From the sequence record MW822008.1: a stretch of 64,000 nt of DNA; one strand, 5' to 3'. Each line of letters begins with the position of its first letter. Positions within the stretch are counted from its first letter, which is position 1. This document shows positions 29,540-37,881 of this stretch, piece by piece. Below the pieces are notes generated by a model. That model was given only the letters and a program-made list of their open reading frames with translations. It was not told the DNA's origin and did not search any database. Both the position numbers and the translations under genes were made by a program.

Positions 29540-30189
29540 TGAAAAATGTAACTCAAGAAAAGATTCTGTACCTTGCAAAGTACAATGGTGGTTTCAATAT
29601 CATTAGCCGTGAGTACAGTGGTAATTTGGCTAAGTTGATTGACAGTTTGTTAGAATTTGATTTCATTAAATGGGAAACTAATGAACTTTGGTACGAATAT
29701 GCTGGTCAGAAATGGGAAAGTGATTATGATAATGCAATACATTCATACACTATCACCAAAGCAGGTGAAGTTCGATTAGCCATTATGCGTTGTGCATATA
29801 CTTACAAAAATCATAAAGGTGAAGAAAAACATATTCGCAGAAATGAAGAGCTATTACTTCTCATGGAAGCAGCAAAAGTTACAATGCATGATTTGTTCCA
29901 CCACCCACGTTGGTATGAAAATCTAACAAAAGCAGAGTACAAAGCTTTACGTTACATTGATGAACAAAACAACACCCCAGTTGAAGTTGATGATGTTAGT
30001 GATGATGAACTAAGCCTCAAAAATGTATTTGAAAGTACCAGTACTGAAAGTATTACAGACATTTCTGTACAGATGGCCCTAAAAGCAATGGAACTTTTCA
30101 AGACACAATATGAAGGACACAGTGCTGAAGAAGTAGAGCGTGAGTTCATCACACGCGTACAGATTGCATTGTTCCAATCGAAAAAGTAG
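29539..30189 (+). CDS. hypothetical protein
   Basis: ORF track. Confidence 0.75.
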   Translation: MKNVTQEKILYLAKYNGGFNIISREYSGNLAKLIDSLLEFDFIKWETNELWYEYAGQKWESDYDNAIHSYTITKAGEVRLAIMRCAYTYKNHKGEEKHIRRNEELLLLMEAAKVTMHDLFHHPRWYENLTKAEYKALRYIDEQNNTPVEVDDVSDDELSLKNVFESTSTESITDISVQMALKAMELFKTQYEGHSAEEVEREFITRVQIALFQSKK

Positions 30190-30202
30190 GATGATATGAA
30201 AT

Positions 30203-30397
30203 ATGAACATCCGTGATGGGTTATCATATAAAGAAGCAGGTAAAGATGGTGTCAAAGGTGAAGCTGTAGATCTTTGCATTTGTGCACTTGACATGTTCGC
30301 TTTGTAATGCGATAATATGAGTTCAGAAGAGATGGAACGTGAGTTCCTTACTTACATGAATGTTAAACTAGCCAAATGGCGTAAATCAATTCAATAG
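30203..30397 (+). pseudogene. truncated MazG-like pyrophosphohydrolase remnant with internal stop
   Basis: Reads MNIRDG...GEAVDLCICALDMFAL*CDNMSSEEMEREF...KLAKWRKSIQ*; in-frame TAA at 30305-30307. Confidence 0.55.
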
Positions 30398-30406
30398 GTA
30401 TTTTAA

Positions 30407-31378
30407 ATGAAAACTAAAATTATTTCTGAACAAAAAATTGGCAATACTACAGTACTGAATCTTGAAGTTCAAGGTCTTAGTAATGTTCGTTCTCTTACGG
30501 TTTGTACTCAGAGAGATGATTTGACTGATTTCTATAGCTCAGAATACATGTCAGAAGAACCTTGGGATATGGGATGGTTGGACGGTAGTAGTTATATCAG
30601 TTCACGTTATAGTTTTGGTTCTCATGAAAATATTGAACAATTAAAAAATGAGTATATTAAACTCAGTGATACTATTGAAATGAAAGAAGAAGATTGTGTA
30701 GAACTTTTCATTTTTGAATTCGATGCCGGAAATGGTAATTCATTACTAGTAAGTAATATTGAAGAACATTTAATGTATCATGAAATTGAAGATGTAGATT
30801 TTGAAAGTATTAAAAATGTTGTTCATATGGTTGGTGGTAGTATTACTGATGATTCAGATATCGGTCATAATATTTCACTGTGCTTAATTTCTCATCCAAA
30901 AACTCGTGGTTTTAAAGTTCCACAAGATGAAACTTACGTGTCTGAAACTGCTGATGAAGGAATTTATCCTTGGAATGATTATGTAGAATACTATGGTCAT
31001 TTCTGTTCTGATACAAAAGAACTGAAAAAAGGCGAACAATATTTTGATATGTTCCGTGCTGCACAGCGTTTAGTACTGAATAATACTGAACTATTTCCTG
31101 ATCGCGGCGAAGAAAATATGATTGATATTATCTTCAAGAACTATGATTATGTACAGAACATTCCTGATAATGTACATTTGGAATATGTTCACAGTTCTTC
31201 AAACAAATTCTATAATATTGAATTGAATGCTCCAGTGTGTGAAGTAATTATTGAGTACGGTGCTATTGGTAAAACCAGTACTACTGATGGTGAAGAATTC
31301 GAAACTATTGAAGAAGCACGTAAGTTCTTCGAGAAGAAAGTAATTTCCAAAATTAAAAGTGGTTATAGCCCAAAATGA
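30407..31378 (+). CDS. acidic protein with C-terminal WGR domain
   Basis: SNKFYNIEL...YGAIGK...F..IEEA.K.FEKKV.SKIKSGY matches the WGR pattern. Confidence 0.75.
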   Translation: MKTKIISEQKIGNTTVLNLEVQGLSNVRSLTVCTQRDDLTDFYSSEYMSEEPWDMGWLDGSSYISSRYSFGSHENIEQLKNEYIKLSDTIEMKEEDCVELFIFEFDAGNGNSLLVSNIEEHLMYHEIEDVDFESIKNVVHMVGGSITDDSDIGHNISLCLISHPKTRGFKVPQDETYVSETADEGIYPWNDYVEYYGHFCSDTKELKKGEQYFDMFRAAQRLVLNNTELFPDRGEENMIDIIFKNYDYVQNIPDNVHLEYVHSSSNKFYNIELNAPVCEVIIEYGAIGKTSTTDGEEFETIEEARKFFEKKVISKIKSGYSPK

Positions 31379-31755
31379 AAATCACACGCTTTGGTAAAAC
31401 CTTTGAACTAAACATTGTTTCTGTTTATAAAAAAGGAAAATCAGGAAAGTTAAGCACTGATAATATTAGATTTGTTATTAGTGATTATTATGATATGTTT
31501 AATCAGGCATTTGAAGAAAATAAATTTGGTTTGATTTTATGTAAACCACAAAAACCGGAATTAGGTATTTTGGATTTAAGAACTGATAAGTCTGATTTTA
31601 TTGGTAATCTTGATATTATTGAATTTAAAGTTGATATATCAAAAGAACATTTTAGAGTTAAAAACTATAATTATTACAAAGTTGATATTAATTCTATCGA
31701 AGTACAAAACGTACTTGATGAACTTATCAGTAATAATTCGTGTTTTACTAAATGA
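31375..31755 (+). CDS. hypothetical protein
   Basis: ORF track. Confidence 0.65.
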   Translation: MKITRFGKTFELNIVSVYKKGKSGKLSTDNIRFVISDYYDMFNQAFEENKFGLILCKPQKPELGILDLRTDKSDFIGNLDIIEFKVDISKEHFRVKNYNYYKVDINSIEVQNVLDELISNNSCFTK

Positions 31756-31767
31756 GAAAAAAATATC

Positions 31768-32001
31768 ATGAAAAATATATTCATTACATTAACAATATTT
31801 GTATCCATTATTCTCTGTGGTTGTGCTCCTAAAGTTGATGAGATGGATGCTGAAATCATCCGTCAAGGTTTAACAAAACTAAATCACCAAGGAACACTAT
31901 ACGCATGTCATACTATGCGTCATGGGCAAGATCTTAATCTCATGTGCAGGAAGATTGTGAATCGCAAACGTCTTAATACTGTTCCGAAGGATGCACAATG
32001 A
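31768..32001 (+). CDS. putative lipoprotein
   Basis: Signal peptide with lipobox LCGC. Confidence 0.65.
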   Translation: MKNIFITLTIFVSIILCGCAPKVDEMDAEIIRQGLTKLNHQGTLYACHTMRHGQDLNLMCRKIVNRKRLNTVPKDAQ

Positions 32002-32168
32002 AAGAAGTAATTGACTACAAATGTAAAAATTGTGGCAAAGATAAGGGTAAGCATTCAGTACAAGGGATGGCTTGCCCGAATCCAGGTCGTGGTAATTTCA
32101 GCGGGTTCAGTACTGAAAAGTCTTACGAACCGGATCATACCAAACCTGTAATGGGTTATAAATTATGA
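31998..32168 (+). CDS. small Cys/His protein (56 aa)
   Basis: CKNC..H...C; ATGA overlaps at both ends. Confidence 0.6.
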   Translation: MKEVIDYKCKNCGKDKGKHSVQGMACPNPGRGNFSGFSTEKSYEPDHTKPVMGYKL

Positions 32169-32524
32169 GTGATTATGTAGCATTTCTTCATCGCTTTGGA
32201 GAAGCTAAAGAAAAACATATTATCCGTATGCCATTATATGGTGAAAAAGACTGGTACAAAAGTACTATAAGTGTAGGTGCATTTCGTGACCGTGAAGCTG
32301 GATTCTTTCTGGGTAAGCAACATGAACGAGAGGTACTTTGCTCACTGTGGCGTTTGGATGAATGGGATAGTGAGAACGTAAGAACTGCTGAATCAATGCT
32401 GGCTATTGTTGGTATTGCGAACTATCAGCACCCATATGACCTATTACCTACATTTGAACATGCTTCTTTGTTTGATTTTTACAAAGCAGTAGGGTATGAT
32501 TATAAAAAGAAACGTTACATTTAA
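32165..32524 (+). CDS. hypothetical protein
   Basis: ORF track. Confidence 0.7.
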   Translation: MSDYVAFLHRFGEAKEKHIIRMPLYGEKDWYKSTISVGAFRDREAGFFLGKQHEREVLCSLWRLDEWDSENVRTAESMLAIVGIANYQHPYDLLPTFEHASLFDFYKAVGYDYKKKRYI

Positions 32525-32570
32525 TATCAGTACTACCACAGTGGGCAGTACTTTTTAATTGGAGATTACT

Positions 32571-33185
32571 ATGACTACATCTGAAAAGTACTGGTGGATT
32601 TTGGCTCATCCTAAATTCATAAACAAAGATATGGTTCCAGCTAGGATTGATATAGAACCTCATGATGTGTGTCCAATGACAAATCGAATTGAAGATTTCA
32701 AAGCATTGAATACAAAGACTCAATTTTGGGTAGAATTTCTTTCACCAATGTATATTGAGCAAGACGACGAATGGGTACAAGCACATGATTATCAATTGGA
32801 TTGTGGTGGTGATACGTATGAAGAGGCGATTGATAAATTATACAAAAATGTGCTAAACACATATGGTGATTACACCCAACAAGAAGCAGATAACACATTT
32901 AATAAGATCCATGCATTCAAATCTACTCCATCAATTTTTAATCCTACTAAAACTGTTTGGGAGGAACGACACAGTTGGAGTTCATGTGTAATCGATGAAG
33001 AAACCAAAGAAAAAATCATCGATGATATAAAAAATTTAAAAAATACGATAGAAGCCTTGCGTGAATTCATAATGTCTTGTACAATAGAACAACAGAAAGA
33101 GGCAAAGATACATTTGGAGAGTGAAGAATGTAAACTTTGGGTTCTAGAGAAATCTATTGAAAAGGGTATAGACTTAGACTTATGA
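32571..33185 (+). CDS. hypothetical protein
   Basis: GGAG RBS. Confidence 0.75.
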   Translation: MTTSEKYWWILAHPKFINKDMVPARIDIEPHDVCPMTNRIEDFKALNTKTQFWVEFLSPMYIEQDDEWVQAHDYQLDCGGDTYEEAIDKLYKNVLNTYGDYTQQEADNTFNKIHAFKSTPSIFNPTKTVWEERHSWSSCVIDEETKEKIIDDIKNLKNTIEALREFIMSCTIEQQKEAKIHLESEECKLWVLEKSIEKGIDLDL

Positions 33186-33550
33186 ATAGTAAATTGGAGA
33201 AACTAATCGAAGAATTACGCCAGATGCCACCTATTGAACAAGTAGGAAATTACAAACGGTATCGTGTTATTGCTCGTGCACTTGATAAAAAAGGTAGAGT
33301 ACTGGCAACTCGCACAAATTCTTATACACAGACTCACCCAGTACAGAAGGGTTTCGCCATTCGTGCTGGGCGACCGCAAGGTGAGTTTCTTCATGCTGAA
33401 ATTTCATGTTTACTGGCTGCTCGTGCTGATGTTCATACTTTACTGATTGCACGGATAAGTAAAGATGGAATTCCTGTTCCGGCTAAACCATGTGAAATTT
33501 GCTCATTAGCAATAAAAGAATATGGGGTGAAAGAGATTATCCACACATGA
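33182..33550 (+). CDS. second cytidine-deaminase-superfamily protein
   Basis: LHAEISCL and AKPCEIC zinc motifs. Confidence 0.8.
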   Translation: MNSKLEKLIEELRQMPPIEQVGNYKRYRVIARALDKKGRVLATRTNSYTQTHPVQKGFAIRAGRPQGEFLHAEISCLLAARADVHTLLIARISKDGIPVPAKPCEICSLAIKEYGVKEIIHT

Positions 33551-33768
33551 AAATTGAAAGATATGCTAAGCATACTGTTGGGTGTGTAAATGATATATTC
33601 TATTATTATATTTTTGCACCTGAACTACGTTTTCAAATCACAACATACAATGATGGCAGATTTAAAGATACAAACTTCCTCATAACCGACTTAGCAAAGT
33701 ATGCGAATACAGAACATTTTAATCATTTAGTATTTGTGTACTGTATACCAAACCCAAATAAAAAGTAG
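33547..33768 (+). CDS. hypothetical protein
   Basis: ATG at 33547 overlapping the previous stop. Confidence 0.6.
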   Translation: MKIERYAKHTVGCVNDIFYYYIFAPELRFQITTYNDGRFKDTNFLITDLAKYANTEHFNHLVFVYCIPNPNKK

Positions 33769-33778
33769 GAGATTAAAA

Positions 33779-34138
33779 ATGGCTAAAACAATTTCTTTAA
33801 AAAATGAAAATGTAGGACAACGCAAAGATGGTTTCTTTGGTTTTTCTTGGACAACATTATTCTTTGGACCGTTCCCTGCATTGTTTCGTGGTGACTTTAT
33901 TACGTTCATCGGTGCATTCGTAATTTACTTCATCCTCAACGCAGTGTCATTTTGGATTGTGGGTACAATTGCAATGGTTGTATGGGCATTTCTTTATAAT
34001 AAGTACTACACCGTGAATCTCATCAAGAATGGGTATAAATTCAATGGCACACATGAAGAAAATGCTGAAGCTGCAATGGCTTTGCAAATTGATTTGAATA
34101 AAAACAACACAGTTGATAAAAATAAAGATCCTGAATAA
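33779..34138 (+). CDS. HrgC/DUF2628-like membrane protein
   Basis: GFFGFSWTTLFFGPFPALFRGD and YNKYY...LIKNGY motifs. Confidence 0.65.
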   Translation: MAKTISLKNENVGQRKDGFFGFSWTTLFFGPFPALFRGDFITFIGAFVIYFILNAVSFWIVGTIAMVVWAFLYNKYYTVNLIKNGYKFNGTHEENAEAAMALQIDLNKNNTVDKNKDPE

Positions 34139-34357
34139 ATGGAAAAATACGATATAATTTACGATTATTATGGTAAGGCTTATATGAAGTGTGGGCGTTA
34201 TGTTGAACTCTCTAATAGAGAATCAATAGACCCCCACACTCTTATAACAATTCATAATTCGTACTATAAAAAAGTTACAATAGCTAATTTTGCAACATAC
34301 GTAAATAATCCTTTATTTCCTTACATTATTCAGTACTACTGTAGAGTTATCAAATAA
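34139..34357 (+). CDS. hypothetical protein
   Basis: ORF track. Confidence 0.55.
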   Translation: MEKYDIIYDYYGKAYMKCGRYVELSNRESIDPHTLITIHNSYYKKVTIANFATYVNNPLFPYIIQYYCRVIK

Positions 34358-34368
34358 GGTAAAAAGAA

Positions 34369-34779
34369 ATGTTAGCTGATGAATTTATGTCACTAAGTAT
34401 CAAGATATTTGATATACTAGGTGATGAAACAGATTTCAATCTAAGCGACAAAGATATTCCATTGGAAGATGGTGGATACTTTTTTGCGATTGGAACTACG
34501 TATAATCTGGATCTTTCAAAGCCTATCAGTGATGATAGTGATTATAATGCAACAACATATTTTGATTTCCAGCTTGATGGACATAAAGAGCGTTTACTAA
34601 CGTACAGACGTAAAGGTAGTTTCAATAGAACCGAGATTACAATAATGGATTTTGAAAAACGCATTGAACTAGCTAAGAAACATCCATTCATCAGTACTCA
34701 TACATTTAATAGACTAATCGATCTATTAGATAATTATCCATATACAATCCGAGGGTCGTTACGTTTAAATGCAGAATGA
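34369..34779 (+). CDS. hypothetical protein
   Basis: ORF track. Confidence 0.65.
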   Translation: MLADEFMSLSIKIFDILGDETDFNLSDKDIPLEDGGYFFAIGTTYNLDLSKPISDDSDYNATTYFDFQLDGHKERLLTYRRKGSFNRTEITIMDFEKRIELAKKHPFISTHTFNRLIDLLDNYPYTIRGSLRLNAE

Positions 34780-34954
34780 AATCTTCAAAAAAGAATACGA
34801 TGGTGAAAGTCTCTATGATATTCAAAGAGACGTACATGAAGCATTCGATTCAAGATTTAACCCATTAGCTGAACAAATCCCACAAGATGAGTTTGGTTTT
34901 CAGGAAGGCACTTTCACAGTGACTATTACATGGAGTCCAGATGAGACTAGCTAA
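34769..34954 (+). CDS. small acidic hypothetical protein
   Basis: ORF track. Confidence 0.65.
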   Translation: MQNEIFKKEYDGESLYDIQRDVHEAFDSRFNPLAEQIPQDEFGFQEGTFTVTITWSPDETS

Positions 34955-35055
34955 ACTTGTCATAGGTTGTAGTGCACTTGCTGCATATATGCTTTTTTCC
35001 GCACCAACCAATGTATTACTGTTAATTTGGGCAGTTGTTATATTAGCAGTACTTT

Positions 35056-35078
35056 AAAGCACCCTAGTGGTGCTTTTT
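35056..35078 (+). terminator. rho-independent terminator
   Basis: AAAGCACC-CTAGT-GGTGCTTTTT. Confidence 0.8.
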
Positions 35079-35112
35079 CTATTTGTGCAAATAAAAACCA
35101 ATGTGACTTTTC

Positions 35113-35155
35113 CTTGATATAGGTCAAGAGAAATAACCTGTTCTGACGCTATAAT
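35113..35155 (+). promoter_or_regulatory. FNR-type box plus -10 element (class II architecture) upstream of nrdD
   Basis: TTGAT-ATAG-GTCAA at 35114-35127 and TATAAT at 35150-35155; box centre at -41.5. Confidence 0.7.
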
Positions 35156-35216
35156 GTTGTCTGGTGATATTAAATATCTTCACCCCCAGATGATTTCAAA
35201 ATACAAGGAATGTACA

Positions 35217-37022
35217 ATGCAATTAGATAAATTATATACTGACGTAACGAATTTCCTCAATCAGAGCAATACTGATCTTACCAACGAAAATGCGAACAAA
35301 GATGCGAAATGCGTCAATACACACAGGGATTTACTTGCAGGTATCCTATCTAAGCATTATTCACAAGATGTTATTCCAAATGAGCTAATGCAGTGGCATA
35401 ATGATGGTTATGGTCATATTCATGATTTAGACTACTATATCAGCCCATTAACCAACTGTTGCTTAGTTAACTACCCAGATATGCTAAAAAATGGATTTAC
35501 CATTGGTTGTGCCAAAATTGAAGAACCAAAGAGTTTTAGTGTAGCATGTACAGTACTGACACAGATTGTACAAGCTGTAGCTAGTTCCCAATACGGCGGT
35601 CAATCGTTGGCTCACATTGATGTCGGTTTAGAACCTTACGTTCAAAAGTCATGGGATAAGCTGTTAGAAAAACAAAAGAAATATAATCTAAGTGATGAGT
35701 TCATTGAAGAAGAATTACGAAAAGAAGTATACGATGGATGTCAAACATTACTTTACCAGACTAATTCAATGATTAGCACTAATGGACAAGCTGCATTCAT
35801 TTCTCTTAGTTTAGGGCTTAATACTTCTAAATTTGGTAAATTAATCACTGAACAGTACTTAAAAGTTCATGAGAATGGTTTAGGTAAAGATAAGATTACT
35901 CCAGTGTTTCCTAAAGTAATTTTCTTTTTACAAGATGGTATAAACATGAATACCAATGATAGTAATTATGACCTTAAACAGTTAGCTATGCGTTGTGCAT
36001 CAAAACGAATCTACCCAGACTTTGTTTCAGTTCCATTAAATCACAAAGTGACGGGAAGTAGTAGTACTGCTGTAACACCGATGGGATGTCGTTCATTCTT
36101 AGGAAAATGGGAAGATTCAAATGGAAATGAACAATACAACGGTCGTTTCAATTTAGGTGTGGTTTCTATCAATTTACCTCTAATTGCTCTTGAGAGTGAT
36201 TCTGATGGAGAGTTTTTTGATAAGATAGACGAGCATATGAATATTGCATATCGTGCTCAGATGAACCGTGTGGAGCGTTTAAAAGGCACTAAAGCGAAGC
36301 AGAATCCAATTTTGTTCATGGAAGGTGCATTAGCACGTTTAGGTGCAGAAGAAACCATTGACAAGCTATTTTACAATGGTTATGCTAGTATTAGTATTGG
36401 TTATGTTGGTCTTGTTGAATGTTCAGAAATCCTCACTGGTTCTATCAGTAAGGAGTTTTGTATGTCAGTACTGAATTATATGAAAGTAAAATGTGATGAG
36501 TTCAAAAAAGAAAGTAATATTGCTTTTAGTCTATATGGAACTCCAGCAGAGTCGCTTTGTTATAAATTTGCACGTTGCATTGAAGCAAAATATCCTTCAG
36601 TACTAAAACGTGATTACATCACAAATTCCTTCCATCAACCAGTATGGGTAGAAAGTTCTCCATTTGATAAATGGAGTTATGAAGAAGGGTTTGCTTACCT
36701 AAGTAACGGTGGAAACATCAGTTATGTTGAATCTCCAAACTTAGCAAACAACATTCAAGCACTTGAAACATTAGTTAACTATGCGTACACTAAGATACCA
36801 TATTTTGGTATTAACCAACCAGTTGACCATTGTTATGAATGTGGCTTCCAGGGTGAGTTCAGTGTAGATAAACATGGTTTCCACTGTCCTGTATGTGATA
36901 ATCGTAATGAGAAGACAATCTCAGTGATTCGTCGTGTTTCTGGGTACTTGGGTAATCCTTCTTCGCGTGGCTTCAATAAAGGCAAGCAACAAGAGTGTTG
37001 TGAGCGTATTCAGCACAAATAA
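35217..37022 (+). CDS. nrdD: anaerobic ribonucleoside-triphosphate reductase (class III)
   Basis: ENANKD, HIHDLDY, TNCCL, SSQYGGQ, MGCRSFL, RFNLGVVSINL, CYECG/CPVC and RRVSGYL; no ATP cone. Confidence 0.96.
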   Translation: MQLDKLYTDVTNFLNQSNTDLTNENANKDAKCVNTHRDLLAGILSKHYSQDVIPNELMQWHNDGYGHIHDLDYYISPLTNCCLVNYPDMLKNGFTIGCAKIEEPKSFSVACTVLTQIVQAVASSQYGGQSLAHIDVGLEPYVQKSWDKLLEKQKKYNLSDEFIEEELRKEVYDGCQTLLYQTNSMISTNGQAAFISLSLGLNTSKFGKLITEQYLKVHENGLGKDKITPVFPKVIFFLQDGINMNTNDSNYDLKQLAMRCASKRIYPDFVSVPLNHKVTGSSSTAVTPMGCRSFLGKWEDSNGNEQYNGRFNLGVVSINLPLIALESDSDGEFFDKIDEHMNIAYRAQMNRVERLKGTKAKQNPILFMEGALARLGAEETIDKLFYNGYASISIGYVGLVECSEILTGSISKEFCMSVLNYMKVKCDEFKKESNIAFSLYGTPAESLCYKFARCIEAKYPSVLKRDYITNSFHQPVWVESSPFDKWSYEEGFAYLSNGGNISYVESPNLANNIQALETLVNYAYTKIPYFGINQPVDHCYECGFQGEFSVDKHGFHCPVCDNRNEKTISVIRRVSGYLGNPSSRGFNKGKQQECCERIQHK

Positions 37023-37030
37023 GGTAAATT

Positions 37031-37363
37031 ATGGATTTAAAGCCAATTGTGGTTAACAAATACAAAGAACCGTATGATGTGTATATTGGACGTGGGTCTA
37101 AATGGGGAAACCCATTTACCCATATTAAAGATAAACAAACCAAAGCCGAGTTCATTGTTAGTACAAGAGAAGAATCAATTGAAAAATTCAGAGAATACAT
37201 TATTGAACGTATTTCTTGTGGAGAAGTTAAGATTGATGAATTACTTGAACTCGCAGGGAAACGCCTTGGTTGTTTCTGTAAACCAAAATCATGTCACGGC
37301 GATGTTCTTGTCGAAATAGTGAGTGCAATATTAGATGAATTACCAGACGATAATCAAGGATGA
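37031..37363 (+). CDS. DUF4326-family protein
   Basis: YDVYIGRGSKWGNPF and LGCFCKPKSCHGDVL motifs. Confidence 0.85.
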   Translation: MDLKPIVVNKYKEPYDVYIGRGSKWGNPFTHIKDKQTKAEFIVSTREESIEKFREYIIERISCGEVKIDELLELAGKRLGCFCKPKSCHGDVLVEIVSAILDELPDDNQG

Positions 37364-37805
37364 TTTAGTAAATGGAGAGGGCGTTCGCTGCTCTTTATTT
37401 GTTAGTGGGTGTTCGCACGGATGTGATGGTTGCTTCAATGAAGAAGCATGGGATTACAGAAGTGGTCAATTGTTCAGTACTGAAACAGTTGAGATTATAC
37501 TACAGGAACTAAAAAAACCATATGTTAGTGGTTTGTCACTTCTAGGCGGCGATCCATTAATGAAAAAGAATATAGATGAAGTTTTAAATCTATGCAAAGT
37601 AGTTAAAGAAACTTATCCTAGTAAAACTATTTGGTGCTGGAGTGGGTATACTTTAGATGAGATTATGAAAAATCATGCTAAAGATATACTTCAGTACTTA
37701 GATGTATTAGTTGATGGTAAGTTTATTGAGTCCGAAAAGAATTTAAAATTACCTTTCCGTGGTTCAAATAATCAAAGAATACTATATAAAAATAAAGATT
37801 TTTAG
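37335..37805 (+). CDS. nrdG: anaerobic RNR activating radical-SAM protein
   Basis: NGEGVRCSLFVSGCSHGCDGCFN, LLGGDP and FRGSNNQ motifs. Confidence 0.95.
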   Translation: MNYQTIIKDDLVNGEGVRCSLFVSGCSHGCDGCFNEEAWDYRSGQLFSTETVEIILQELKKPYVSGLSLLGGDPLMKKNIDEVLNLCKVVKETYPSKTIWCWSGYTLDEIMKNHAKDILQYLDVLVDGKFIESEKNLKLPFRGSNNQRILYKNKDF

Positions 37806-37808
37806 CAT

Positions 37809-37831
37809 AAGCACCCGTTGGGTGCTTTTTT
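37809..37831 (+). terminator. rho-independent terminator
   Basis: AAGCACCC-GTT-GGGTGCTT followed by a T-run. Confidence 0.88.
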
Positions 37832-37839
37832 ATTATGTA

Positions 37840-37847
37840 TATAAATA
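37840..37847 (+). promoter_or_regulatory. T4-type late promoter
   Basis: TATAAATA just after the terminator and upstream of the tail-protein genes. Confidence 0.7.
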
Positions 37848-37881
37848 CATTAACTAATATCTAATTTATAAGGGATATATA

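Noticed and set aside
30305-30307. Genome-wide stop-codon reassignment
   Set aside because: Conserved enzymes are full length, and TAA, TAG and TGA all end genes normally; the single in-frame TAA is better explained as a nonsense mutation.
15879-37022. Inteins or introns in DNA ligase, PhoH or NrdD
   Set aside because: Lengths and motif order are normal, with no intein splice motifs or interrupted frames.
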